This document shows positions 47,052 through 54,508 of a stretch of DNA of 54,508 nt, in pieces. Positions within the stretch are counted from its first letter, which is position 1, and each line of letters starts with the position of its first letter. Made by a program: the position numbers and the translations under genes. This DNA is from an uncultured virus (IMG/VR IMGVR_UViG_3300027801_001720). Lineage: Duplodnaviria > Heunggongvirae > Uroviricota > Caudoviricetes. The notes beneath the pieces are model-generated. The model saw only the letters and a list, made by a program, of their open reading frames with translations, ran no database searches and was not told where the DNA came from. The DNA lies in the IMG/VR virus record IMGVR_UViG_3300027801_001720; one strand, given 5' to 3'.

Positions 47052-48012
47052 TAGATTTCTCTAGCAACATTTTTTGCCAGAGCTTCTTATCAGCTTTAAG
47101 GTCGTCTTCGTTAATGTCTATTTGCATCCAAGTCGCTTGTTCACCAGGTTTTAACTCCTGTTGATCCCACCCTTCTGGATAGACTATTTTCCAATAACCC
47201 CTTTCACTGCCTTGTTGTATAAGTGCCAATACCGCGGCTTCAATTGCCGAACGTACTGCCCACGTTACACTTTCGTTTTCTGTCATACCACTCTCTAGCT
47301 CTAGTAGTTTCGTGTCCATATCTAAGAATTTAAATATGTCTCCTGCTTGTCCAGTGCTTAAAATGGTTTTGTATGTCTGTACGTTGAGTATCACTTCACC
47401 AGTTAGTGTGCTTACTGCACGAAGTGATATAACAACACTATCTCTACGATATTGGTTTGTTGTCCCTATACCTAGATATCTTGCGCCATTACCGCCAGTC
47501 TCAACATTAGTGTCGTATCCTACAATACCACCTTCTAATATCATTCCTGCAAATAATAATGGTTGGACTGCCTGTGCTGGTTCGGTTTCAGTCTCATACT
47601 GTTCGCGTGTGCTACGAACAATCTGCCTTTCCCTTACCAAATTGTCAAGTCCTAATCCTCTTTCAACAACTCGGAACCATGTACCTTTCGGATTATCTTT
47701 GGCTCCAGCCGCTTTAAGTGAATCTATTAATAAATCTTTAGCACCTTGTGTTACGGCTGTGCTAAATGAAGCCGATCCATCACTACTTAACCGTTGTCCA
47801 GTTAAGTCGTCAAATTTATAAACTGCTACCACTGGCATTTTTTCTGCTGGTGGTAAGTTTCGTAATTTTTTATACGTGGGTAGTTCTACAAACTTTGGTT
47901 CTTCTATACATTCCAAGAAGTCAGTCATGCAGACTTTATCACCGGGGATGGAGATACTCGCACACCCAGTAAACAATAACGCAAATATAATTGCTAAAAA
48001 ACTCTGCCTCAC
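47029..48012 (-). CDS. csgG: CsgG curli secretion pore lipoprotein
   Basis: Lipobox FTGC, VAVYKFDDLTGQ, FSTAVTQG, WFRVVERGLGLDNLVRERQI, LEGGIVGYDTNVETGGNGARYLGIG, AVRSAIEAAV. Confidence 0.95.
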   Translation of the reverse strand: MRQSFLAIIFALLFTGCASISIPGDKVCMTDFLECIEEPKFVELPTYKKLRNLPPAEKMPVVAVYKFDDLTGQRLSSDGSASFSTAVTQGAKDLLIDSLKAAGAKDNPKGTWFRVVERGLGLDNLVRERQIVRSTREQYETETEPAQAVQPLLFAGMILEGGIVGYDTNVETGGNGARYLGIGTTNQYRRDSVVISLRAVSTLTGEVILNVQTYKTILSTGQAGDIFKFLDMDTKLLELESGMTENESVTWAVRSAIEAAVLALIQQGSERGYWKIVYPEGWDQQELKPGEQATWMQIDINEDDLKADKKLWQKMLLEKSNGEKNED

Positions 48013-48013
48013 T

Positions 48014-48511
48014 TTAACCGCCTAACGTACCGATTCCAATTGGAATCTCAATTTCAGTAATAGTTCCATCGGGATCTACAATAGTCATCACGATGTACTC
48101 TATACCATCTATCATTTTTACTATATAAGAAACACTACTGCCTTCAATTTCAAATGCTCCTTCTCTTGAGTTGGTACAAGATACTTCTTCACCTGGATTA
48201 CAAAACATACTATCGACTAATCCTTTAGAGATTTGTGAATAGATTCTACTCTCCAAATTTCTAATAAATTTATTAATTGTGCTGTTATCCTCTAATCTGT
48301 CTGCCGCTCTTAGTGCCGCCTCAATATCGTCTTTAATTTTATCTTTTCTACTTTTTTCCTGATTCTCAATAGTCAAGTAATGAGCTCCAGTCCCTATACC
48401 ACTAAAGGAAGGGTTTTTAAATTTGTGCGTTAATTGGTCTGCCATTACGCCTTGACTTGCGAAATAAAATATGCCTACCAATACGCCTAAATGCGTTCCT
48501 GTAATTTTCAT
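48014..48511 (-). CDS. csgF: CsgF-like curli assembly protein
   Basis: Signal peptide, then QLTHKFKNPSFSG; F..NLESRIYSQIS; C-terminal DPDGTITEIEIP. Confidence 0.85.
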   Translation of the reverse strand: MKITGTHLGVLVGIFYFASQGVMADQLTHKFKNPSFSGIGTGAHYLTIENQEKSRKDKIKDDIEAALRAADRLEDNSTINKFIRNLESRIYSQISKGLVDSMFCNPGEEVSCTNSREGAFEIEGSSVSYIVKMIDGIEYIVMTIVDPDGTITEIEIPIGIGTLGG

Positions 48512-48810
48512 TTTTTATCCTTGAGAGACTTTAGTTCTTCAACTGCCTCTTCTTCTTCGTGCTCTTCGATTATTTTTTCTTTGGCACGGTATTCTAACAC
48601 TACATTAACTTTTTGTTGTAGTCTTATCATGTCTTGATCTAACATTCTTGTTTGGTCAATAACTTTAATTAATGCCATATGCATTTTACCTAGTTCAGGC
48701 TTAACATGTGTATTCATGTAATTCCAAACATAGTAAATAAAATAGCCTAACCCAACGCAGGCGACAACAGGAAAACCGTATTCACTTATTATAGTTGCAA
48801 GGTTATTCAT
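48508..48810 (-). CDS. Small single-pass membrane protein
   Basis: ISEYGFPVVACVGLGYFIYYVW plus helical tail; similar to the next ORF. Confidence 0.75.
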   Translation of the reverse strand: MNNLATIISEYGFPVVACVGLGYFIYYVWNYMNTHVKPELGKMHMALIKVIDQTRMLDQDMIRLQQKVNVVLEYRAKEKIIEEHEEEEAVEELKSLKDKK

Positions 48811-49106
48811 TAGTCTCTCCTTGAGTCTATTCTGCCATCTTCAATGAAGTTTTCTGCTCTGGCAATTCGTTCAATGTCGGGTCTAAGCTCTAATGCACTA
48901 CTTACTAGTAAGTCAATTTTTATCATTTCGTTACTCATAGTTCTGGCTCTGTCTTCCAACATTACGCAAAATGTAGTCAGTGTTTTAATTTGCCCCACGA
49001 TGCCGGCGAGCATTTGTTTGATAGTTAAGAAGATAAAATATCCCATTGCTAAACTTCCAACAATAGGCGTTCCGACCTCCGCTATTAATTTGAAAATCTC
49101 ATCCAT
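48810..49106 (-). CDS. Small single-pass membrane protein
   Basis: IAEVGTPIVGSLAMGYFIFL; TAATG coupling; CATAAATA at 49174-49181. Confidence 0.75.
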   Translation of the reverse strand: MDEIFKLIAEVGTPIVGSLAMGYFIFLTIKQMLAGIVGQIKTLTTFCVMLEDRARTMSNEMIKIDLLVSSALELRPDIERIARAENFIEDGRIDSRRD

Positions 49107-49243
49107 ATATGCACACTCTGTATGTTTGTATCTTTTTGTGTAAAGTGTGTTTCTTTGTTACTCTCTACAGCACTATTTATGCAAACTTTCAGGAAAATGT
49201 GCCGCAGAACCATGGGTTGACTTGATAATATTGATAAATATAA

Positions 49244-49283
49244 CCGTAACATATCTGTAACATGCCTGTAACACAAAGTTTAC
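49244..49283 (+). promoter_or_regulatory. 11-bp-period direct repeats, Pho-box / OmpR-family-like
   Basis: CCGTAAC (49244), CTGTAAC (49255), CTGTAAC (49266), AGTTTAC (49277). Confidence 0.55.
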
Positions 49284-49348
49284 AATACCCTTTGGGTTGA
49301 CGTAAACAGTAACACATGATGCAAAGTGTTCTCACAAAGGAGATAAAC

Positions 49349-49483
49349 ATGGCGAATCCATTAGGAATAGTAGCCAGATTAACTCGACCAGTTATTGGGA
49401 CGGCATCTGACTACTTTAAAAAATTTGATTATATGATGAAACAAGGTAAGGTTGAAAACATTACCAGCAAGTGTTTCGGATAA
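49349..49483 (+). CDS. Small hypothetical protein (44 aa)
   Basis: AAGGAG RBS; MANPLGIVARLTRPVIGTASDYFKKFDYMMKQGKVENITSKCFG; followed by a terminator. Confidence 0.7.
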   Translation: MANPLGIVARLTRPVIGTASDYFKKFDYMMKQGKVENITSKCFG

Positions 49484-49493
49484 AAAATAGTCT

Positions 49494-49522
49494 AAAAAAA
49501 AGCACCCTTTGGGTGCTTTTTT
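49494..49522. terminator. Bidirectional intrinsic terminator
   Basis: A8-GCACCC-TTT-GGGTGC-T6 between convergent genes. Confidence 0.88.
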
Positions 49523-49539
49523 ATGAATGCTAATTTAAA

Positions 49540-50076
49540 TTAACTTTCTGTAGTTCCGTCAGTAGGCATTGCATTTCCTTCTGGTGCAGTCTCATAATGT
49601 TCTTGATTGAGTCTGTCCGTATCATAATGTACTTCAGGTTCTGGCATAGAAACATTTGCTTCGTCTGTCATTGGTGCTTCAGTATATTCCATTGCAATAT
49701 CGTCTGCATAAAAATATGTGTTTGCATCAAATTCATTTGACCAATCGTTAGTTGCATCTTCAATCCAAACATTCGCTTCTGTATCAAAGTTCATGTCTGT
49801 ATTCATGTTTGCATATACGTTGTATTCATCTGCTTCATCTTCTGAAGGTTGCATCCAACCTTGACATGCTGTGTCGTAGTAAGCTTCTTCGCCTAATTCA
49901 ACTGGACATGGGTGGGTTGGTGTTTCTGGGTGCATGTAGTCGCCTTCAACTGGTGCTACAAACGGTGCTTCATAAGTTTCAACTGCGTGAGGTATTTCCC
50001 AAAGTTTCATTTCGATTTGGTTAAGTTTTTCTCTCATTTCCCAAATCATATTTTCTAATTCTATTCTTGGATCCAT
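49540..50076 (-). CDS. Highly acidic hypothetical protein
   Basis: GGAG RBS; short N-terminal coiled coil; no Lys after residue ~25; repeated EANV-like motif. Confidence 0.75.
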   Translation of the reverse strand: MDPRIELENMIWEMREKLNQIEMKLWEIPHAVETYEAPFVAPVEGDYMHPETPTHPCPVELGEEAYYDTACQGWMQPSEDEADEYNVYANMNTDMNFDTEANVWIEDATNDWSNEFDANTYFYADDIAMEYTEAPMTDEANVSMPEPEVHYDTDRLNQEHYETAPEGNAMPTDGTTES

Positions 50077-50186
50077 TGTTAATCTCCGTGTGATTGTTTA
50101 TTGTTTATGGGTAGTGTGATGTGATGTGAGTACTCTCAAATATTTGTGTTGTACTGGAGTATTTATCGTAATTTTATTAGAGTCAT

Positions 50187-50217
50187 AAAAAAAGGGAGGT
50201 TAAATACCTCCCTTTTT
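50187..50217. terminator. Intrinsic terminator after the tail fibre gene
   Basis: A7-GGGAGGT-TAAAT-ACCTCCC-T5. Confidence 0.85.
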
Positions 50218-50233
50218 AATATATGTTTTTGAA

Positions 50234-52747
50234 TTACATTAAGTTTACAAGTACTTCAATAACTGCTTCGCCACCGTCTGAAGAGCCAACTGCTTTACCA
50301 ATTATTCTTCCTGCCTGTGCGTTGTTATTTGACATTGCTCTACCATTGCCTGCAGAAACAACTAAGTCTCCTTTAGCAACTGGGCCAGTAACCTTAGTAG
50401 GTACTCTTCCTGTTAGTGCAACGTATTGTCCTTCACCATCGCTGTTCATCATGTAAGCTGGATCAGTACTAATAACACCTGCTACTGCATGACAGTTTTC
50501 ACTATCACATGCTGTAACTTCTTTATCGCCGCCAAACATAACAACTGTGCCTGCTTCTAGTTCTGCATCACTTTCGTATTTCTCAGCCAAATCCGCAAAC
50601 TGTGCCGCACTTGCTGTACCTTGGAATGTTACTGCGTATACTTCGTTATATCTTAATGAACCACTACCTAAGTCAACTGCGTTATCACTTGATGGTGTAA
50701 TTGTACCACTGTGAGAATCGTTAGCATCACTTCTTAAGAAACTTGCACTACTAATGCCGTCTAATGTATCTGCATCAACATTCAATGCGTCTACAAAAGC
50801 ATTAGTAACTCTTGAATCAATAAGTGTATTAACTCTTGCACTTGTATGATATTCGTTTGACCCTTCTACTAAATTAGAAGTACTAAAGTCACCCATGTCA
50901 ACTGCAATACTGTCTGCGGCAACACTAATACCTGTTCCTGCGCCAATATTAATTGTTACGTCACCTGATGAACCGCCGCCAGATAAACCTGAACCTGCTG
51001 TTACAGTTGTAATATCACCTGTTGTTGTTGAGTAACCAAAACTCTCAATTCTGTCATTGATTGCTTTTGCTGTCATTATTTGTGTATCTGAATCTGCAAA
51101 TGATTCTGAACTTAGTAGTAAACTACCTGCCGCTATCTCTGATAGCGTTACGCCTGATACGTTAAGTGTTACGTCACCTGATGTGCCGCCGCCGCTTAAA
51201 CCAGTACCTGCTACAACACTTGAAATGTCACCTGCGTCATTAGTAAAACTAATTACACCAGTACCGCTGTTGTATGATAAGTCACCGCCTACTGATATAG
51301 ATGCTCTTGCTCTTGCATCTGTATAGTATAAGTTAGTTGAACCTTCTGTCATCTCATCTGTATTATCTGTTGTTGCTATTTGTGAAGCAACGTAAGCCTT
51401 AATACTTTGTTGTGATGCAACTTTAGTAGCACTATCTGAAGCCATGTTGTCTTCATCTAATAATGCGTTGGCAATTCTTGCGTCTGCTCTTGCATTTGTG
51501 TAATATAAATTACTTCCTTCTACTAAGTCACCAGTATCAGCTAACGCTAATTTAGTTGCAAACCTACTGTCTGCTCTAGCATCTGCTCTGGCATTTGTAA
51601 AGTAAAGGTTAGTTGAACCTTCTGTTAATGTATCAGTATCTACTGCTATATTAACGTATGTTGATCCGTCGTTAGTAAACTGCCATTTGTCTAATGATTC
51701 ATTAAACTGGAAGTTTACGTCTGCACTTGATCCTCTATCTACAGTAAGTCCTGCGTTCTCACTTGGAGCTCCACTTGTTCCTGCGTTAAGAGTAATAATG
51801 TTATCTTCTAATAATAATGTTGCTGTATTAATTGTAGTTGTTGTACCACTAACTGTAAAGTTACCGTCTACTACTATATCATTACTAAATGTTTTGTTTC
51901 CACCAATTGCTTGAGTACCAGTTGTTCTAACTATTGTTGAATCTACTGCAAATGTACCTGCAGTATTTGTAATACCATCACCGCCTGTTAAGTAACCTGC
52001 GCCATCGACGTAAGCCTTATTAGTAGCATCTGCCACTTGGGTTGGTGTTGGTAAATTGTTTAGTTGGTTACTGTCTAAATTAATGTTGGAAGCCATTGTA
52101 AGACCGCCAGTACCAGTAAGTGTTTGACCTGAGTCAAACGTCATTGCTGATTGGATATTAATTACACCTGATCCTGATGCGTTAAGTTCTATGTCACCTG
52201 ATCCTGAAGTAATAAGTCCTAAATTTTGGTTTGCATCTGCACTAACCTGGATTGTTCCTGAATTATCTTCAAGTACTTTTTGTCCGTTAACGTAAAGTGA
52301 TCCTGGACCAACGTATACGTCTCGCCATTGCTTACTTGATGAACCTAAGTCATAAGTAACGTCTGCTGATGGTATTATGTGCTGTGCTACTGCTGAACCG
52401 TCAAATGCTACAGTAACATCGCCTGATGTTCCGCCTCCACTTAAACTTGTTCCTGCTGTTACACCAGTAATGTCTCCAGTTTGTCCATCAATAGTAAGTG
52501 TACCTGCTGAATCATTATATGTTAATGTGACTCCTGTACCGCCTACTAGAAGCGTGTTAACCGCGTCTTCGATGCTTTCTTGAGTATTTATTTCTGATGC
52601 TTTTGCTAATCTGTGTCCGCCTGCTGTTGAACCGTCGTGGACTATAACGGTATTTAAATCTGTATCGACAGTAATCTCACCAACTAATCCAGTAAATGAA
52701 CTGTGTTGGGAAGTTGTGCCTCGTCTCCATTGAATTGCTGTGGCCAT
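50234..52747 (-). CDS. Tail fibre-like structural protein
   Basis: Mtd-type N-terminus IQWRRGTTSQHSSFTGLVGEITVDTD; GDIT.VTAG.GLSGGG and EGSTNLY.T.ARA repeats; C-terminal ADLAEKY...GVISTDPAY...GRVP domain. Confidence 0.85.
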   Translation of the reverse strand: MATAIQWRRGTTSQHSSFTGLVGEITVDTDLNTVIVHDGSTAGGHRLAKASEINTQESIEDAVNTLLVGGTGVTLTYNDSAGTLTIDGQTGDITGVTAGTSLSGGGTSGDVTVAFDGSAVAQHIIPSADVTYDLGSSSKQWRDVYVGPGSLYVNGQKVLEDNSGTIQVSADANQNLGLITSGSGDIELNASGSGVINIQSAMTFDSGQTLTGTGGLTMASNINLDSNQLNNLPTPTQVADATNKAYVDGAGYLTGGDGITNTAGTFAVDSTIVRTTGTQAIGGNKTFSNDIVVDGNFTVSGTTTTINTATLLLEDNIITLNAGTSGAPSENAGLTVDRGSSADVNFQFNESLDKWQFTNDGSTYVNIAVDTDTLTEGSTNLYFTNARADARADSRFATKLALADTGDLVEGSNLYYTNARADARIANALLDEDNMASDSATKVASQQSIKAYVASQIATTDNTDEMTEGSTNLYYTDARARASISVGGDLSYNSGTGVISFTNDAGDISSVVAGTGLSGGGTSGDVTLNVSGVTLSEIAAGSLLLSSESFADSDTQIMTAKAINDRIESFGYSTTTGDITTVTAGSGLSGGGSSGDVTINIGAGTGISVAADSIAVDMGDFSTSNLVEGSNEYHTSARVNTLIDSRVTNAFVDALNVDADTLDGISSASFLRSDANDSHSGTITPSSDNAVDLGSGSLRYNEVYAVTFQGTASAAQFADLAEKYESDAELEAGTVVMFGGDKEVTACDSENCHAVAGVISTDPAYMMNSDGEGQYVALTGRVPTKVTGPVAKGDLVVSAGNGRAMSNNNAQAGRIIGKAVGSSDGGEAVIEVLVNLM

Positions 52748-52848
52748 GTTAATTCTTCCTATATGTTCTACGTTTTGTAGTCTACTAAGCCGTCGCTAAG
52801 TAGTCATAAATCACATTCTTGTAATTGTATAAGTGTATTTATCGAAGT

Positions 52849-54507
52849 TTACTTGATTTGTGCTTCTACAACACCGTTTCCGGAACGGTTATCAGTTATA
52901 GCAATTCCTATCATACTAGGTCCTGTTACATGATATCCTCTGAATGGTGCCGCTTCGGCATGTCCGGGTGTGTTACTACAAATTAGTACATCACCTTTTT
53001 GAACTCTGCCATAAACTTTAACAGGAACTCGTCCTCTTAATGCTAACACTACGCCGCCTTCTAAATCTGCATTCATTAAGTATGCTGGATCTGTACTAAC
53101 AACACCTGCTATTGCTGGGCAGTTTTGTTTTGTTGATTCTGTTACTTCTTCAGTTCCGCCAAATACACAAACAGTTCCTACTTCGTAGTCTTTATCTGAT
53201 GTATATTTCTCAGCCAAATCCGCAAACTTTGCCGAGGATGCCGTACCTTCAAAAGTTACTGCAAATACTTGATTGTATCTAAGTGAACCGGAGCCTAAGT
53301 CTATGCTATTATCTGCACTAGGAGTAATAGTATGCGTATGCGTATCTGCCGCATCGCTTCTTAAGAAACTTGCACTACTAATTCCGTCTAACGTATCTGC
53401 ATCAACGTTTAAGGCGTCAATTGCCGCTTTGGTAATTCTTGCATCTGCTCTTGCATTAGTGAAGTATAAGTTTGTGCCTTCACTTAAAGAACTTGTACTA
53501 GCCGCTGTAATTCTTGCATCTGCTCTAGCATCTGTATAGTATAAGTTTGTGCCTTCTGATAAGTCACTTGTACTAGCCGCTGTAATTCTTGCATCTGCTC
53601 TAGCATTTGTAAAGTAAAGGTTAGTTGAACCTTCTGTCATCTCATCAGTATTATCTTTAGTAGCAATCTGTGTGGCTATGTAAGCCTTAACTGACTGCTG
53701 TGAAGGAACATGAGTAGCACTATCACTAGACATATCATCTTCGTCTTTAAGTGCATTTGTTATTCTTGCATCTGCTCTAGCATCTGCTCTGGTATTTGTA
53801 AAGTATAAGTTTGTGCCTTCACTTAAATCACTTGTACTAGCCGCTGTTATTCTTGCGTCTGCTCTGGCATCTGTATAATATAAGTTTGTGCCTTCTGTTA
53901 AACTACCTGTGTTAGGTAGTACTGCATTCACTCTAGCATCTGCTCTGGTATTTGTAAAGTATAAGTTTGTGCCTTCTGATAAGTCACTTGTACTAGCCGC
54001 TGTAATTCTAGCATCTGCCCTTGCGTTAGTAAAGTATAAGTTATCACCTTCAGTAATATCTGTAGTTGTTAATGCTTCTGAAACTGTAATAGTATCTGCC
54101 GCATCATCATATGTTACACTGATGTTACCTGAACCAGACATAATAGCACCAATTTTGTCTGCGGCTCTTTCATCTGTGTAGTATAAATTACTACCTTCTA
54201 CTAAGTCACTAGTGGACTTGCTTGATAAGTCTAACGCTCCGCCTACAACACCAGTAACTGCTGTGTCAACGTATGCTTTAATAGATTCTGAAGTTGATAT
54301 AGTTGTTGCACTAGCACCGGACATAGTGTCTGAATCTAGTACTGCTGTACCACTTACACCAGTATTCAATACTGGAGAAGTTAATGTTTTATTTGTTAAT
54401 GTTTGACTGCCTGTTAAAGTTGCAACTGTTGAATCTATGCTAAGTGTAACATCACCTTGTGATGCTCCGCCATCTAAACCTGTACCGCTAATAATACCTG
54501 TTACAAT
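52849..54507 (-). CDS. Second tail fibre-like protein (5' end beyond the window)
   Basis: Frame stays open to the window edge (IVTGIISGTGLDGG...QTLTNKTLTSPVL); same repeats and ADLAEKY C-terminal domain. Confidence 0.85.
   Translation of the reverse strand: MVTGIISGTGLDGGASQGDVTLSIDSTVATLTGSQTLTNKTLTSPVLNTGVSGTAVLDSDTMSGASATTISTSESIKAYVDTAVTGVVGGALDLSSKSTSDLVEGSNLYYTDERAADKIGAIMSGSGNISVTYDDAADTITVSEALTTTDITEGDNLYFTNARADARITAASTSDLSEGTNLYFTNTRADARVNAVLPNTGSLTEGTNLYYTDARADARITAASTSDLSEGTNLYFTNTRADARADARITNALKDEDDMSSDSATHVPSQQSVKAYIATQIATKDNTDEMTEGSTNLYFTNARADARITAASTSDLSEGTNLYYTDARADARITAASTSSLSEGTNLYFTNARADARITKAAIDALNVDADTLDGISSASFLRSDAADTHTHTITPSADNSIDLGSGSLRYNQVFAVTFEGTASSAKFADLAEKYTSDKDYEVGTVCVFGGTEEVTESTKQNCPAIAGVVSTDPAYLMNADLEGGVVLALRGRVPVKVYGRVQKGDVLICSNTPGHAEAAPFRGYHVTGPSMIGIAITDNRSGNGVVEAQIK
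53430..54210 (-). repeat. Tandem ~75-bp (25 aa) repeats ITAASTSDLSEGTNLY(F/Y)T(N/D)ARADAR
   Basis: About eight copies of the EG.NLY core, several nearly identical at DNA level; limits approximate. Confidence 0.85.
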
Positions 54508-54508
54508 C

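Noticed and set aside
49085..49276. 63-aa minus-strand ORF, and similar short ORFs at 11752-11967 and 17749-17958
   Set aside because: They overlap regulatory DNA or stronger genes in another frame and have no RBS or recognisable motif.
53430..54210. CRISPR-like repeats
   Set aside because: In-frame protein repeats without unique spacers; no cas genes.
50234..54508. Diversity-generating retroelement suggested by the Mtd-like N-terminus and repeats
   Set aside because: No reverse transcriptase or adenine-specific TR/VR pair seen in this window; the repeats are coding.
1..54508. Stop-codon reassignment, and the many short antisense ORFs
   Set aside because: Genes are full length and densely packed under the standard code with TAA, TAG and TGA all used as stops; antisense ORFs lie opposite well-supported genes.

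Overview
AT-rich fragment of a large T4-like tailed phage (myovirus) genome, standard genetic code, mostly minus strand. The host is probably a Gram-negative bacterium, since the phage encodes outer-membrane proteins. Core modules are recombination/replication (UvsW, UvsY, UvsX, gp32), packaging (gp17, gp4), neck and tail (gp13, gp14, gp15, gp18, gp19), dNMP kinase, tRNA-Ala and two tail-fibre genes. Accessory genes include a TonB-dependent receptor; a modification set (three radical SAM enzymes, two probably B12-dependent, plus Fpr, FabZ, an Asp/Asn hydroxylase and four tandem oxygenase-like paralogues); and a ~13 kb envelope island (CsgF, CsgG, two curlin-like proteins, FecR-domain protein, lipoprotein, Asn/Thr-repeat and giant acidic secreted proteins, CHASE2 cyclase). 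Non-coding signals read directly from the DNA are a lambda-type GGGAAAG -1 frameshift candidate, a pseudoknot-like 3' element complementary to its own gene's ribosome-binding site, many apparently leaderless late genes and an 11-bp-period Pho-box-like array. All protein calls come from motif recognition by eye, not database searches.
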